NCBI RefSeq assembly: GCF_028368995.1
Contig: NZ_JAQNDL010000005.1
Coordinates: 320,001 to 384,000, forward strand
Direction of reading: 5' to 3'
DNA from: Nannocystis bainbridge
GTDB taxonomy: Bacteria > Myxococcota_A > Polyangia > Nannocystales > Nannocystaceae
DNA length: 64,000 nucleotides
Numbering within the stretch: the stretch's first letter is position 1; each line of letters begins with the position of its first letter. Of the stretch, positions 1-10,586 are shown in pieces. A program made the translations under genes and the position numbers. A model generated the notes under the pieces. The model worked only from the letters and a program-made list of their open reading frames with translations. It did not search any database and was not told the origin of the DNA.

Positions 1-1203
1 GTACGGCGTCACCTGGTGGTGGATCCCGGGGTACACCAGTTGCCCGCGGCCGTGGCCCGCGAGCACGATCGGCTGGCGGGCGATGGTATGCGAGATGCCC
101 TCGGCGCAGTCCGAGCTGCAATAGACGATCGACGAGTCGAGCAGGTTGGTGCCGTCGATGTCCTCCCACGCCTTGAACTTGCGCAGCAGGTCGGCGAAGC
201 GCTCCATGATGTAGACCACGCCGTCGTGGACCAGGTCCTGCGCGCCGGCGTCGTGGGTGTGGAAGTGGTGACCCGCCGTCTGCCCGAGCTCGGCGAACAC
301 CGTCTCGGCGGCGCCGCCGATGAACATGCAGGTGGCCACGCGGGTGATGTCGCAGGCGAACGCGTAGACCAGCAGGTCGGCCATCACGTCGTTGACGGCG
401 GTGATCGGCTCGACCCCGTCGACGTCGACGTTGGCCTGGCCCGGCACTCCCGGCAGGCTGCACAGCGGCGCGGCGGCGGTGATCTTCTTCTCGAGCGCGG
501 CCACGCCATCGAGGTGGGCGTCGAGCCGCTGGTTGTCGTGCTTGCCGAGGCGGCCGCGCAGGCGCGCGACGTCGTCGCGGACCGCGTCGAGGATGCTGGT
601 CCGCAGCGCGCGGTCGTCGGGCCGCGGCACGAACGCGCCGAACAGCTCGGTCCACACCTCCTGCGGGCTGTAGCGGGGGTACTGCGGCTCGTTCGGGCCC
701 TTGTGCGACAGCGCGAACATGGTCGTGCCCGAGTCCATGATGCTGACGTGCTTGGAGATCCCGAGGTGCACCGAGGCGATCGGGGTGCGTTCGCCGACGA
801 CCGCGGCGATGCGCTGGTCGATCGTCGGCCCGCCCGCCTTCGAGAACAGGCCGTCGATCTCGACCATCGTGTGCCCGTTGAAGGCCGTCATGCCCTCGTG
901 GTGGGTGATGATCTGCTCGCAGCGGTTCTGCAGGCCGGTCAGCACGGTCACGTAGTCGCGCACGTCGGCGAGCGGGGCCAACTGCTCGCTCAGCGGATAA
1001 TCGGGGCCGGTCGCGCTCGGCTCGAAGCGCGGCAGCAGCACGCCGTTGCCGAAGAACCACGTCATGAAGCGAGTCGGCAGCGGCGTGGCGTCGGCGAGCG
1101 CGGTGCCGTGCGCGTCGAGCATGGCCTCGAGCAGCGGCAGGGCGACCACGGCCTGGGCCGCGCCGCGCAGGAAGGTGCGACGAGCGAGGGGACGACGAGT
1201 CAT
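1..1203 (-). CDS. DUF1552 domain protein (3' end runs off the window)
   Basis: Not in the ORF track. Minus-strand translation from ATG at 1203 gives MTRRPLARRTFLRGAAQAVVALPLLEAM (Tat-like), LSEQLAPL, GPTIDQRIA, RLDAHLDGV, AFACDITRVAT and GTNLLDSS, typical of DUF1552. It lies directly downstream of a DUF1592 gene, with a GGAG RBS. Confidence 0.9.
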   Translation of the reverse strand, partial: MTRRPLARRTFLRGAAQAVVALPLLEAMLDAHGTALADATPLPTRFMTWFFGNGVLLPRFEPSATGPDYPLSEQLAPLADVRDYVTVLTGLQNRCEQIITHHEGMTAFNGHTMVEIDGLFSKAGGPTIDQRIAAVVGERTPIASVHLGISKHVSIMDSGTTMFALSHKGPNEPQYPRYSPQEVWTELFGAFVPRPDDRALRTSILDAVRDDVARLRGRLGKHDNQRLDAHLDGVAALEKKITAAAPLCSLPGVPGQANVDVDGVEPITAVNDVMADLLVYAFACDITRVATCMFIGGAAETVFAELGQTAGHHFHTHDAGAQDLVHDGVVYIMERFADLLRKFKAWEDIDGTNLLDSSIVYCSSDCAEGISHTIARQPIVLAGHGRGQLVYPGIHHQVTPY

Positions 1204-1212
1204 GACGGGCTC

Positions 1213-2874
1213 CTATCGAGGGTCCGCGACCGCGCGGAACAGCGGGCTGGCGACGAGGTCGACGAGCAGGCTCTGGACGCGGTGGCCGCTGGCGACGAAC
1301 CTGTCCTCGAGGACATCCAGCGCGGGCAGCTCGCCGAAGGTCTCGAGGTGGCCGAGGCCGCCGCGCACGAAGTTCTTGATCACGCAGGCCGCAGCCCGCC
1401 GATCGTCGACCAGCAGGGCCGCCAGCTCGCGCGCGCCGGCGAACCGGCCGAGGTCGTCGGTGCTGGCTTCGACGTCGATGGCGAGCCCCTGATCCTCGGT
1501 GCGGAAGCGGCCGAGGGCGTCGTAGTGCTCGAGGGTGAGGCCGAGCGGGTCCATGCCGCGGTGACAGCTGGCGCAGCTCTGGTCGGTCAGGTGCCGCTGC
1601 AGCCGCTGCTTCATGGTCTCCGGCTTATTTGGGTCGGCGGCCGGCAAGTGAGTGTCGACGCCGGGCGGCGGCGGCAAGATGATGTCGCACAGCAGGCGGG
1701 TGCGAATGAACTGACCGCGGCGGGTCGGCGAGGTCAGGCCAGGGTGGGCGAAGCGAGCCAGGAAGCTGGCGTGGCCGAGCAAGCCGGCGCGGCCCTGCGC
1801 CGCCGGCGAGGCGACGCGGTGAAAGCCCGGCCCGTCGGGCGCCGGCAGCCCGTAGAGCCCGGCCAGCGCGGCGTCGACGAAGGTGGTGTCGCTGTCGAAG
1901 AACCGGCGGATGTCGCCGTCCTCCTGCCATACGATCGCGTCGAGCAGATGCAGGGTCTCCTGCGCCATCGACCCGGCCAGCGCGGGCGAGAACTCCGGGA
2001 ACAGGTCGGCGCTCTTGGCCAGGGTCGGCAGGTCGCGCAGCAGCAGCAGCTCGCTGTAAAATTTGGTGAGGGTGGTCCGCGCCTCCGGTTGCTTCAGCAT
2101 CGCCGCGGCCGCGGCCCGCACCTGGGCCTCGGTCTCGAGCTCGCCGGCCTCGGCGGCGGCCAGCAAGGCGGCGTCCGGGGTGCGTCCGAGCAAGAAGAAC
2201 GACATGCGCGCGGCCAGCTCGAGCCCCGTGAGCCGCCGCCGCGCCGGGGCGTCGGAGTCGGGCTCGCCGAGCTCGAACAAATAGATGAAGTGCGGCGATT
2301 GCAGCAGCGCCATCAATTCGTATTCGAGGCCGACAGCGAACGAATCACCCCAGGCGCGGCCGTCCTCGGCGATCTGCACGAGCGCCGCGACCTCGCCGTC
2401 AGTCAGCGGCCGCCGCCAGGCCAGGCGCCCGAAATCGGCCGCCACGGCGGCGTAACAGGGCGAATCGGCGGTGGCATCATGGACGCACGGGACGAAGCTG
2501 GCGAGCCGCTCGCGATCGGCGACGGCGGCCAGAGCGACCGCTCGCGCGGAGGCCTCGCATTGTTCGATGGCGCTCGCCTGTAGCGCCAGCTCCGCCGCGC
2601 CGATGGCGTCGAACCCGTGCAGCGGATAATCCTCGGGGGGCGCAGCCGCGGCCGCCGCCTCGTCGCCGAGCAAGTAGCGGATCGAGCCGACGTATTGATG
2701 GCGCAGGAGGCGTCGCAGGCCGCCAGGGACCGGCGCGAACGAGTCCTCGTCGCCGCCGCCGGTGGTGCCGTCGATGGGCAGGTCGGTGCTCGCGTCGTCC
2801 GCGTCGCCCGGGCCCCTGCCCTCATTCGCCGGACATGCGAACAAGGTGAGACACGATGCGACAGCGATCGTCAT
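1213..2874 (-). CDS. DUF1592/DUF1588/DUF1595 family lipoprotein
   Basis: Motifs LRRLLRHQY, AWRRPLT, LLQSPHF, ELAARMSFFL, TSPTRRG and CASCH..MDPLG..LEHYDALGRFR. Lipobox LFAC after ATG 2874. Confidence 0.9.
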   Translation of the reverse strand: MTIAVASCLTLFACPANEGRGPGDADDASTDLPIDGTTGGGDEDSFAPVPGGLRRLLRHQYVGSIRYLLGDEAAAAAAPPEDYPLHGFDAIGAAELALQASAIEQCEASARAVALAAVADRERLASFVPCVHDATADSPCYAAVAADFGRLAWRRPLTDGEVAALVQIAEDGRAWGDSFAVGLEYELMALLQSPHFIYLFELGEPDSDAPARRRLTGLELAARMSFFLLGRTPDAALLAAAEAGELETEAQVRAAAAAMLKQPEARTTLTKFYSELLLLRDLPTLAKSADLFPEFSPALAGSMAQETLHLLDAIVWQEDGDIRRFFDSDTTFVDAALAGLYGLPAPDGPGFHRVASPAAQGRAGLLGHASFLARFAHPGLTSPTRRGQFIRTRLLCDIILPPPPGVDTHLPAADPNKPETMKQRLQRHLTDQSCASCHRGMDPLGLTLEHYDALGRFRTEDQGLAIDVEASTDDLGRFAGARELAALLVDDRRAAACVIKNFVRGGLGHLETFGELPALDVLEDRFVASGHRVQSLLVDLVASPLFRAVADPR

Positions 2875-3374
2875 CTCTCTTAAAAAATGATGGGTGAGCG
2901 ACCGCGACATCAGCGATTGCTATGAACGAGGTTTGTCGACCACGCGACGCGAACCGTCGACCAGATCACGCCGCCGCCAGCGCGACCCACGAGTGGCCCA
3001 ACCTGCCCCATTGTCGGCCCAAAACCCCTGGCGGCCGCAGCACCGCTGCGAGCGATGCTCGTGTCGATGCAGCCCATCGTCGCTAGCGCAGCGACGCTAC
3101 GCGTCGTTGCCGAGCATGCGGGCCGAACATCGCTCCGCGCTTCGTCGCGTCGCGCGCCCGGGCCGACTGTCGCCGAGACTCGACACGCGGTCGGAGGCGG
3201 ATTTCATCGCGAAGGTTTGCTCCCCCGCGGCGTCCGGGCTCCACTTTTGACCTGCCCACAAGAACAGGTCGACCGACGTGATCGGCTGCCGTCGCCGCTT
3301 CTCCTCGACATGGCTCTCTCGGCGGAGTTAGAGTCCGCGGCGTGCAGAGCGGTAGTTCGTCGAGCCAGCGGGAC

Positions 3375-4286
3375 ATGCGCGGACGCCTCGTTCACGGTGC
3401 GTTCTCCGCCGGCAGGTCGCTGCTCGCGTCGCGCACGGAGGTGCTCCTGGTGAACGCGTCCCTGCAGGTGCACGGCACGTGGCGGCCTGCCCAGGGCGAC
3501 GCCGTCTGTGCGATTGCGCTGAGCGAGAATGGAGAGCAGGCCGCCATTGCGACGGAGTCGGACCGCGTCGTCGTGTGGTCGACGCAGACGCTGACCGCAC
3601 GCGTGCTGCTCGAGGCGAACAGATCGCCCGAGGAGAAGCTGATGGCGGCGATGCTCGGTCAAGAGATAGACCTGCCCGCGGCGCAGCTCGCGGTGGCGAA
3701 CGATGGCGAGACGGTGGCGCTCGTGCGCGCCGGGGCGGGTGGCGCGTACACGCTGGAGCTGCTCGGACCAGCTCGGGCCAGGGTGGAAGTCGGGTCCATC
3801 GATCCCTGGACGCGCGTGTCGATGCACGAGGAGCTCGTCGTGCTGGGCCGCAGCGCGTACGCACGCGAAGACCTGGCACGGCTGCCCCTCGGCGAAGAGG
3901 TCTTCGCGCGGTCGAACGGCGTAAAGCTGGTCCGAACGAGCGAAGGCGAGATCGCGCTGCGTGCCGCGGACGCCACTACATCGCTCGGCGAATGGGATGA
4001 CGCGGGCTTTGCGTCCCACGAGGTCGTGCTGGTTCGACTTCGCCAGCACAAGGAAAGGGGTCCGCGCTCCCTGGAAGTGCAGCGCTGGCCGCTCGCCCCG
4101 GGCGTGATCGAGACGCGATCGATCCCGTGGGATGCGCCCGACAGGAGCGACCCTTTTGGCGAGCGCGCTCCACTCTGTGATTGCGCGAACCTTCGAGGCG
4201 TCGTCCATGCGGGCGAGGCCCACGCGTGGGTCGACCTGCGGACCGGTGAACGGATCGGCGACGTGGAAGCGCGCGATATGGATTGA
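3375..4286 (+). CDS. hypothetical protein (possible beta-propeller-like)
   Basis: GC3-biased ORF with beta-rich segments (AIALSENGEQAAIA, LAVANDGETVAL). Start is uncertain. Confidence 0.55.
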   Translation: MRGRLVHGAFSAGRSLLASRTEVLLVNASLQVHGTWRPAQGDAVCAIALSENGEQAAIATESDRVVVWSTQTLTARVLLEANRSPEEKLMAAMLGQEIDLPAAQLAVANDGETVALVRAGAGGAYTLELLGPARARVEVGSIDPWTRVSMHEELVVLGRSAYAREDLARLPLGEEVFARSNGVKLVRTSEGEIALRAADATTSLGEWDDAGFASHEVVLVRLRQHKERGPRSLEVQRWPLAPGVIETRSIPWDAPDRSDPFGERAPLCDCANLRGVVHAGEAHAWVDLRTGERIGDVEARDMD

Positions 4287-4367
4287 GCGGGCCTTCGGGG
4301 CGAGGAACGGGCGCCAGGCATGACCCGCGACCACGCGCGCAGCGGCTATACTCGCGGCCGGACTCGC

Positions 4368-5111
4368 ATGGCCATCACCCGTCGCGCGCTCTCCAGCCAG
4401 GCCCTCGCCGTGCTCGCCACCGCCGGCCTGGCGCAGCTGCTGGTCTCGCCCGGCGTGCTCGCGGCGTCGGTGCGGCCGGCGCTCGGCGCCTGGCTGCGCG
4501 AGCTGGCGGAGATGACCCGGGCCCTGCGCGGGCGGCAGCTCGGCGCGCGCGAGTACCAGGGGCTGCTCGATGATCTGTGCGGCCGCGTCGAGCTGTCCGA
4601 CCTCCACGCGGCGATCGACCTCGAGGCCCTGAGGGCCCGCATGGCCGTGCCGGCGACCGGGGCCGGCAGCTGCGAGGTCGATTTTGCGGCCCTGGCCGGC
4701 GCTCCGACGCGTCTCGGCTTCGGCCGGCGGGTGTTCGCCTGCCGCCGCGGCCGCGCGATCGTCCCCCACGGCCACGACGACCTGTGCACCGCCTTCATCG
4801 TGCTCGCGGGGCGCTGGCGCGGCCGCCACTACGACCGGCTCGAGAGCCACGCCGATCACTTCGTGCTCCGCCCGACCATCGACCGCGCGTTCGCCCCCGG
4901 CGATAGCTCGAGCGTGTCCGACCACCGCGACAACGTCCACTGGTTCGAGGCCGAGACCGACGACGCGTTCGTGTTCAACGTGCACGTCGCCTGCGCCGGC
5001 GCCAGCGGCTCGCGGGTCTACCTCGACCCCGAGAGCGAACGCCTGGCGGGCGGGACGATCCGGGCCGCCAGGCTGAGCAAGGCCGCGTGCGTCGCCAAGT
5101 ACGGCGGCTGA
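4368..5111 (+). CDS. cupin/cysteine dioxygenase-like protein with possible Tat signal
   Basis: N-terminal ITRRAL followed by a hydrophobic stretch. Metal-ligand-like motifs IVPHGH and DNVHWF. Confidence 0.65.
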   Translation: MAITRRALSSQALAVLATAGLAQLLVSPGVLAASVRPALGAWLRELAEMTRALRGRQLGAREYQGLLDDLCGRVELSDLHAAIDLEALRARMAVPATGAGSCEVDFAALAGAPTRLGFGRRVFACRRGRAIVPHGHDDLCTAFIVLAGRWRGRHYDRLESHADHFVLRPTIDRAFAPGDSSSVSDHRDNVHWFEAETDDAFVFNVHVACAGASGSRVYLDPESERLAGGTIRAARLSKAACVAKYGG

Positions 5112-5213
5112 GCGAGAGATACGGCGGTCGAGCGAGGCCGCTTGCGCGCCAAGCACCGCGGCGGAGCGCGGACGAGCATCGGCCCGCATGCGCTCGACCT
5201 GCGCGGCTCATTA

Positions 5214-5297
5214 TGTCCGAATGAGCATGTCCGATCGGGCATGCCCCCTCGAACATGCCCTCTTGCGCATGCCCTTCAGGACATGCCCGGAGCGCCA
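5214..5297. repeat. tandem array of six degenerate 14-bp TGTCC-N4-GGACA units
   Basis: Contiguous units TGTCCGAATGAGCA, TGTCCGATCGGGCA, TGCCCCCTCGAACA, TGCCCTCTTGCGCA, TGCCCTTCAGGACA, TGCCCGGAGCGCCA. Confidence 0.85.
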
Positions 5298-6481
5298 GCC
5301 AGCAGCGCCGCCACCTCGTCTTGCCCGTTGAACTCGGCCCACTCGCGCGGCGTCGCCCCGTAGATCGCCTCGCGGGCGTCGACCGCGGCGCCGTGGTCGA
5401 CCAGCGCGCGCACCACCTCCGCGTGGCCGTGGCCGGCGGCCACGTGCAGGGGCGTCGGCAGGCCGGGGCCGGCGAGGCCGTCGACCGCGGCGCCGGCGGC
5501 CAGCAATGCGAGGACCGCGGCCGTGTGGCCCTCGCGCGCCGCCAGGTGCAGGGCCGTCACCTCGGCGGGCGTCTCGGCGAGCAGCCGGCGCGTACGCGCG
5601 TCGATCTCGACGCCGGCGCGCACCAGCACCTCGACCACCTCGGGTCGGCCGTTCTTGGCCGCCAGCGCCAACCACGAGGCCAGCAGCGCCGGCGGCTGCG
5701 GCCCGGCCTGCAGGCGCGCGGCCATCGTCGCCAGGTCGCCGGTGACCAGCGCCGTCGCCACGTCGTCGCCCGCCCCGAGCCCGCGCAGCAGCGCGATCTG
5801 GGCCGCGTCGCCGCGCGCCATCGCCAGCGCCAGCGGCGTGAGGCCGTCGTCGGTGGCCGCGTGCAGCTCGGCCCCGAGCTCGACCAGCAGCGTCAGCGAG
5901 TTCTTGAGCCCGCGCGCGACCGCCAGGTGCAGCGCCGTCATGCCCGCCGACACGAAGCCCATGCGCTGATGCACCGCGCCGGGGTCGGCCGCCACGGCCG
6001 CCCGGATCGCGTCGAGCCCGGACGGCAGCGCGGTGAAGATGTCTTCGCGGGCGCCGGCGGCCCGCAGCAGCCGCGCCACCGCTGGCCGATCCTGATGGCC
6101 CTGCGGCGCCCAGCGGACCACGACGGACCAGCCCAGCGGCGTGAGCGCGAACCACCCGTCGCGCGTCTCGAGCGCGGCGCCGTGGGCCAGCAGCAGCTCG
6201 GCGACCGCGGGCACTCCCATCTCGGCCGCCCAGTGCAGCGCCGTGGTGTCGCTGGCCGCCTCGCGCGCGTGCACGTCGGCGCCGGCCTGCAGCAGCGCGG
6301 CGACCACCGGCTGCTGCCCGCGGTGGGCGGCGAAGATCAGCGGCGTGCTGCCCAGCGACGGATCGCGGGCCCCCGCCAGCGCCGGCTCGGCCTGCACCTG
6401 GGCGACCGCGGCCGCGAGATCGCCGCGCTGGATGGCGTCGAACAGCGCGGACCCGGGAGACGGCTGGGGCGGGGCACTCAT
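5276..6481 (-). CDS. ankyrin repeat protein
   Basis: Multiple ankyrin motifs: GSTPLIFAAHRG, TTALHWAA, MTALHLAV, TPLHVAAGHGHAEVVRALVDHGA. Confidence 0.95.
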   Translation of the reverse strand: MSAPPQPSPGSALFDAIQRGDLAAAVAQVQAEPALAGARDPSLGSTPLIFAAHRGQQPVVAALLQAGADVHAREAASDTTALHWAAEMGVPAVAELLLAHGAALETRDGWFALTPLGWSVVVRWAPQGHQDRPAVARLLRAAGAREDIFTALPSGLDAIRAAVAADPGAVHQRMGFVSAGMTALHLAVARGLKNSLTLLVELGAELHAATDDGLTPLALAMARGDAAQIALLRGLGAGDDVATALVTGDLATMAARLQAGPQPPALLASWLALAAKNGRPEVVEVLVRAGVEIDARTRRLLAETPAEVTALHLAAREGHTAAVLALLAAGAAVDGLAGPGLPTPLHVAAGHGHAEVVRALVDHGAAVDAREAIYGATPREWAEFNGQDEVAALLAGAPGMS

Positions 6482-6645
6482 GCGGCGCCGAGGATCGCCC
6501 GGTTCACCGGCGGCGACAAGCCGCGGTCCCGCGCACGACCTGGCCTTCGGGACAGATCGAAGCGCGACCCGCGGCCGGCGCCGAGGAGCGTTCCGTCAAT
6601 CATCCTCGCCACTTGGCAAAAACGTTCAAAAAAGATCCGCCGCCG

Positions 6646-6672
6646 TGTCGATCCGGCTCGGCCTCGTTCGAC
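6646..6672 (+). promoter_or_regulatory. ECF42-type promoter candidate for the DGPF gene
   Basis: TGTCGA (6646-6651) and TTCGAC (6667-6672) upstream of a DGPF/YciI gene. Matches the -35 TGTCGA / -10 CGA(T)C pattern known for ECF42 targets. Confidence 0.6.
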
Positions 6673-6733
6673 GTGGTCCTGAAGGCCGGGCGCGCCGCTG
6701 CGACCGGGCCTCTCACGACGAAAGGGTACCGAC

Positions 6734-7099
6734 ATGCGATTCATGATGATGGTCAAGGCTGACGAGCGTGGCGCCCCCCCGAGCCCCGAGCTGATGGCCG
6801 AGATGAGCGAGTTCATCGCCGAGACCCGGCGGGCCGGCGTGCTGCTCGACACCGCCGGCCTCGCCCCGATGGCGATGGGCACCCGGATCCGCGCCGCGGG
6901 CGGCGAGCTGACCGTGACCGACGGCCCGTTCGCCGAGGCCAAGGAGGTCGTCGGCGGGTTTGCGATCGTGAAGGCGAGCACCAAGGAGGAGGCGGTCGAG
7001 CTCGGCCGGCGCTTCATGCAGGTGCACACCCGCGTGCTCGGCGGCGCCTACACCGGCGAATGCGAGATCCGGCAGATGTTCGGCCCGGACGACGCCTGA
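6734..7099 (+). CDS. YciI/DGPF family protein
   Basis: Signature VTDGPFAEAKEVVGGF. Confidence 0.95.
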   Translation: MRFMMMVKADERGAPPSPELMAEMSEFIAETRRAGVLLDTAGLAPMAMGTRIRAAGGELTVTDGPFAEAKEVVGGFAIVKASTKEEAVELGRRFMQVHTRVLGGAYTGECEIRQMFGPDDA

Positions 7100-7169
7100 A
7101 TCGCGACTGCCACCATTGCCTGTTCACACCGCATTGGCTCCCTACCCCCTTCGAATCCGGAGATCGATC

Positions 7170-7562
7170 ATGCCCACCTCCTCCTCTCACAAGCGCGCCC
7201 GCGCCGGCCGCATCCTCAGCGCCTTGCCGGTGCTGTTCCTCCTCGCCGACGCCGTCGGCAAGTTCGTCCAGCCCGAGGCGGTCGTCACCGCCTCGGCCGA
7301 GCTCGGGTTCCCGCCCGAGACGCTCGTGGCCCTCGGCGCGCTCGAGGCCACCTGCGCCGTCCTGTTCGCCCTGCCCCGCACCGCCGTGCTCGGCGCCGTC
7401 CTGCTCACCGGTTACCTCGGCGGCGCCACGGCGACCCACGTCATCCACGGCTCGTCGTTCGGGTTCACCGTGGTGTTCGGCGCGATCGTGTGGCTCGCCA
7501 TGCTGCTGCGCGACGATCGCCTGCTGGCCCTGATGCCGCTCCGCCACCCGCGTTCGCTGTGA
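7170..7562 (+). CDS. DoxX family membrane protein
   Basis: Motif PRTAVLGAVLLTGYLGGATATH, about four TM segments, GGAG RBS. Confidence 0.9.
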   Translation: MPTSSSHKRARAGRILSALPVLFLLADAVGKFVQPEAVVTASAELGFPPETLVALGALEATCAVLFALPRTAVLGAVLLTGYLGGATATHVIHGSSFGFTVVFGAIVWLAMLLRDDRLLALMPLRHPRSL

Positions 7563-7565
7563 GCG

Positions 7566-9218
<1,653 letters not shown>

Positions 9219-9446
9219 CGGGCCCGCAACGTAGCACAAGCGTCCGCGAGCCGGCTCGCGTCGAAGTCCGAACCGGAGGGCGCCTGTCACGGCCGAAACG
9301 CGCCCTGTACCCGGGTGTTCCCCGGCGACCCCGGCCCGGTGTCCTCCGGTCCGCGGGAGTTGGAAGCGCACCGCGCGCAAGCGCCCGCGCACGCACACAC
9401 GCCGAAGATCGCCTGGCGCAGCCGAGCCCGGGGGCGCGCATGAACC

Positions 9447-9721
9447 TGTCCTTCAGGACATCCGCGCCGGCGGCTGCCTCGACAGCCGGTCCCGAGAGAC
9501 AGGACCGGCGCGCCGCGGCGGACCGTCACCTGTCCCGTGGGACATCTTCTTCGTCGCGTGCCGCGAGCGCCGCCCGGCGATCGCGTCGCGGCCACCTGTC
9601 CCACGGCACATACGGCCGTCGCCATTACACTCGAGCCGTGTCCTCGAGGCCACCAAGCGAACGGGCCCGGATCTACCGGGCCCATCCGCCGCATCAGGCT
9701 CGTCACCTGTCCCGGAGGACA
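9447..9721. repeat. cluster of six TGTCC-N4-GGACA palindromes
   Basis: Copies at 9447, 9531 and 9708 are perfect. Copies at 9488, 9597 and 9639 have 1-2 mismatches. Confidence 0.85.
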
Positions 9722-9734
9722 GCCGATTTGCCCG

Positions 9735-10544
9735 TCACATGCAGCCCGGCACCCAGTCGGGGGGGCTGCAATCCTCGAAGCCCTGGAGAATGCAGCCGGA
9801 CGGCGCGTCCCAGGCCTTGTCGGGCTCGCCCACCTTGCAGACGACCGGGATGAACGGCGGGCACGCGCCGCCGTTGGCGATGCAGCCCAGGAAATCCTGG
9901 TTCCCGTAATCGGCGCACAGATCGCCGTCGACCTCGACGTGGGGCGCGCCGTAGATCGCCCGGCACTCGGAGGGCTCGTCCAGGCACTCGGCCTCGTCCA
10001 GCGACTCGCACGTATCGCAGTACACCAGCGCCGGCGCCTCGCAGGCCGTGAATCCGGCTGGCGCGCAGCCGGTGTCGACGAGGTCGTAGATCGCGTCGGT
10101 GCCGTCCTCGCAGAAGATCGTGCTGTTGTGCTCGCACTCCTGGGGCTCCGAGCAGCCGAGGAAGACCAGGCCCTCGCTGCAGCCGGGGAACTCGAGCGCC
10201 TTGCCGTGGTACGCCTGGCATCCGTAGGCCTCGCAGTCGGCCTCGCCGAGCTCGACGCACTCGGGCGGGATCGCCATGCCGGTGGTCGAAGTCTCGACCA
10301 GAGTCGTCTCCGACGGGTCGAACATCGTCGTCGCGGTCTGCCAGGGCTCTTCCGGCGCGTCGGTCGTCCCGCCGGTGGTGCCCACGCTGGACTCGCCGTC
10401 AGTGGCCGTCGGGTCGCCCGTGGTGCCGGACGAACCACTGTCGGTCGCCGAGAGGTTGCCGAGCTTGGTCGGCAGCTCGCACGCGGCCAGCGCGAGCGTG
10501 ATCGTGATCGTAAGGATGCGGGGGACGTAAGCGAAGTTGTTCAT
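9735..10544 (-). CDS. Cys-rich lipoprotein
   Basis: Lipobox LALAAC, Thr/Ser/Gly linker, two Cys-rich modules (CVELGEADC..FLGC and CESLDEAEC..FLGC). Confidence 0.85.
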   Translation of the reverse strand: MNNFAYVPRILTITITLALAACELPTKLGNLSATDSGSSGTTGDPTATDGESSVGTTGGTTDAPEEPWQTATTMFDPSETTLVETSTTGMAIPPECVELGEADCEAYGCQAYHGKALEFPGCSEGLVFLGCSEPQECEHNSTIFCEDGTDAIYDLVDTGCAPAGFTACEAPALVYCDTCESLDEAECLDEPSECRAIYGAPHVEVDGDLCADYGNQDFLGCIANGGACPPFIPVVCKVGEPDKAWDAPSGCILQGFEDCSPPDWVPGCM

Positions 10545-10586
10545 GTCGTTGCCTCACCCTCTCGTCTCCGACCGTCGGCCCGTCCG

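Noticed and set aside
16-2583. 855-aa plus-strand ORF and many similar long ORFs (e.g. 9537..12227, 26566..29052, 39802..42279, 54354..56927, 61279..63813)
   Set aside because: Antisense or off-frame shadows of real genes, expected at this GC content. Arg/Ala/Pro-rich with no family motifs.
9447-9721. Palindromes as rho-independent terminators or parS sites
   Set aside because: Stems are only 5 bp with no U-tract, many copies lie in CDSs, and the sequence does not fit the 16-bp TGTTTCACGTGAAACA-type parS.
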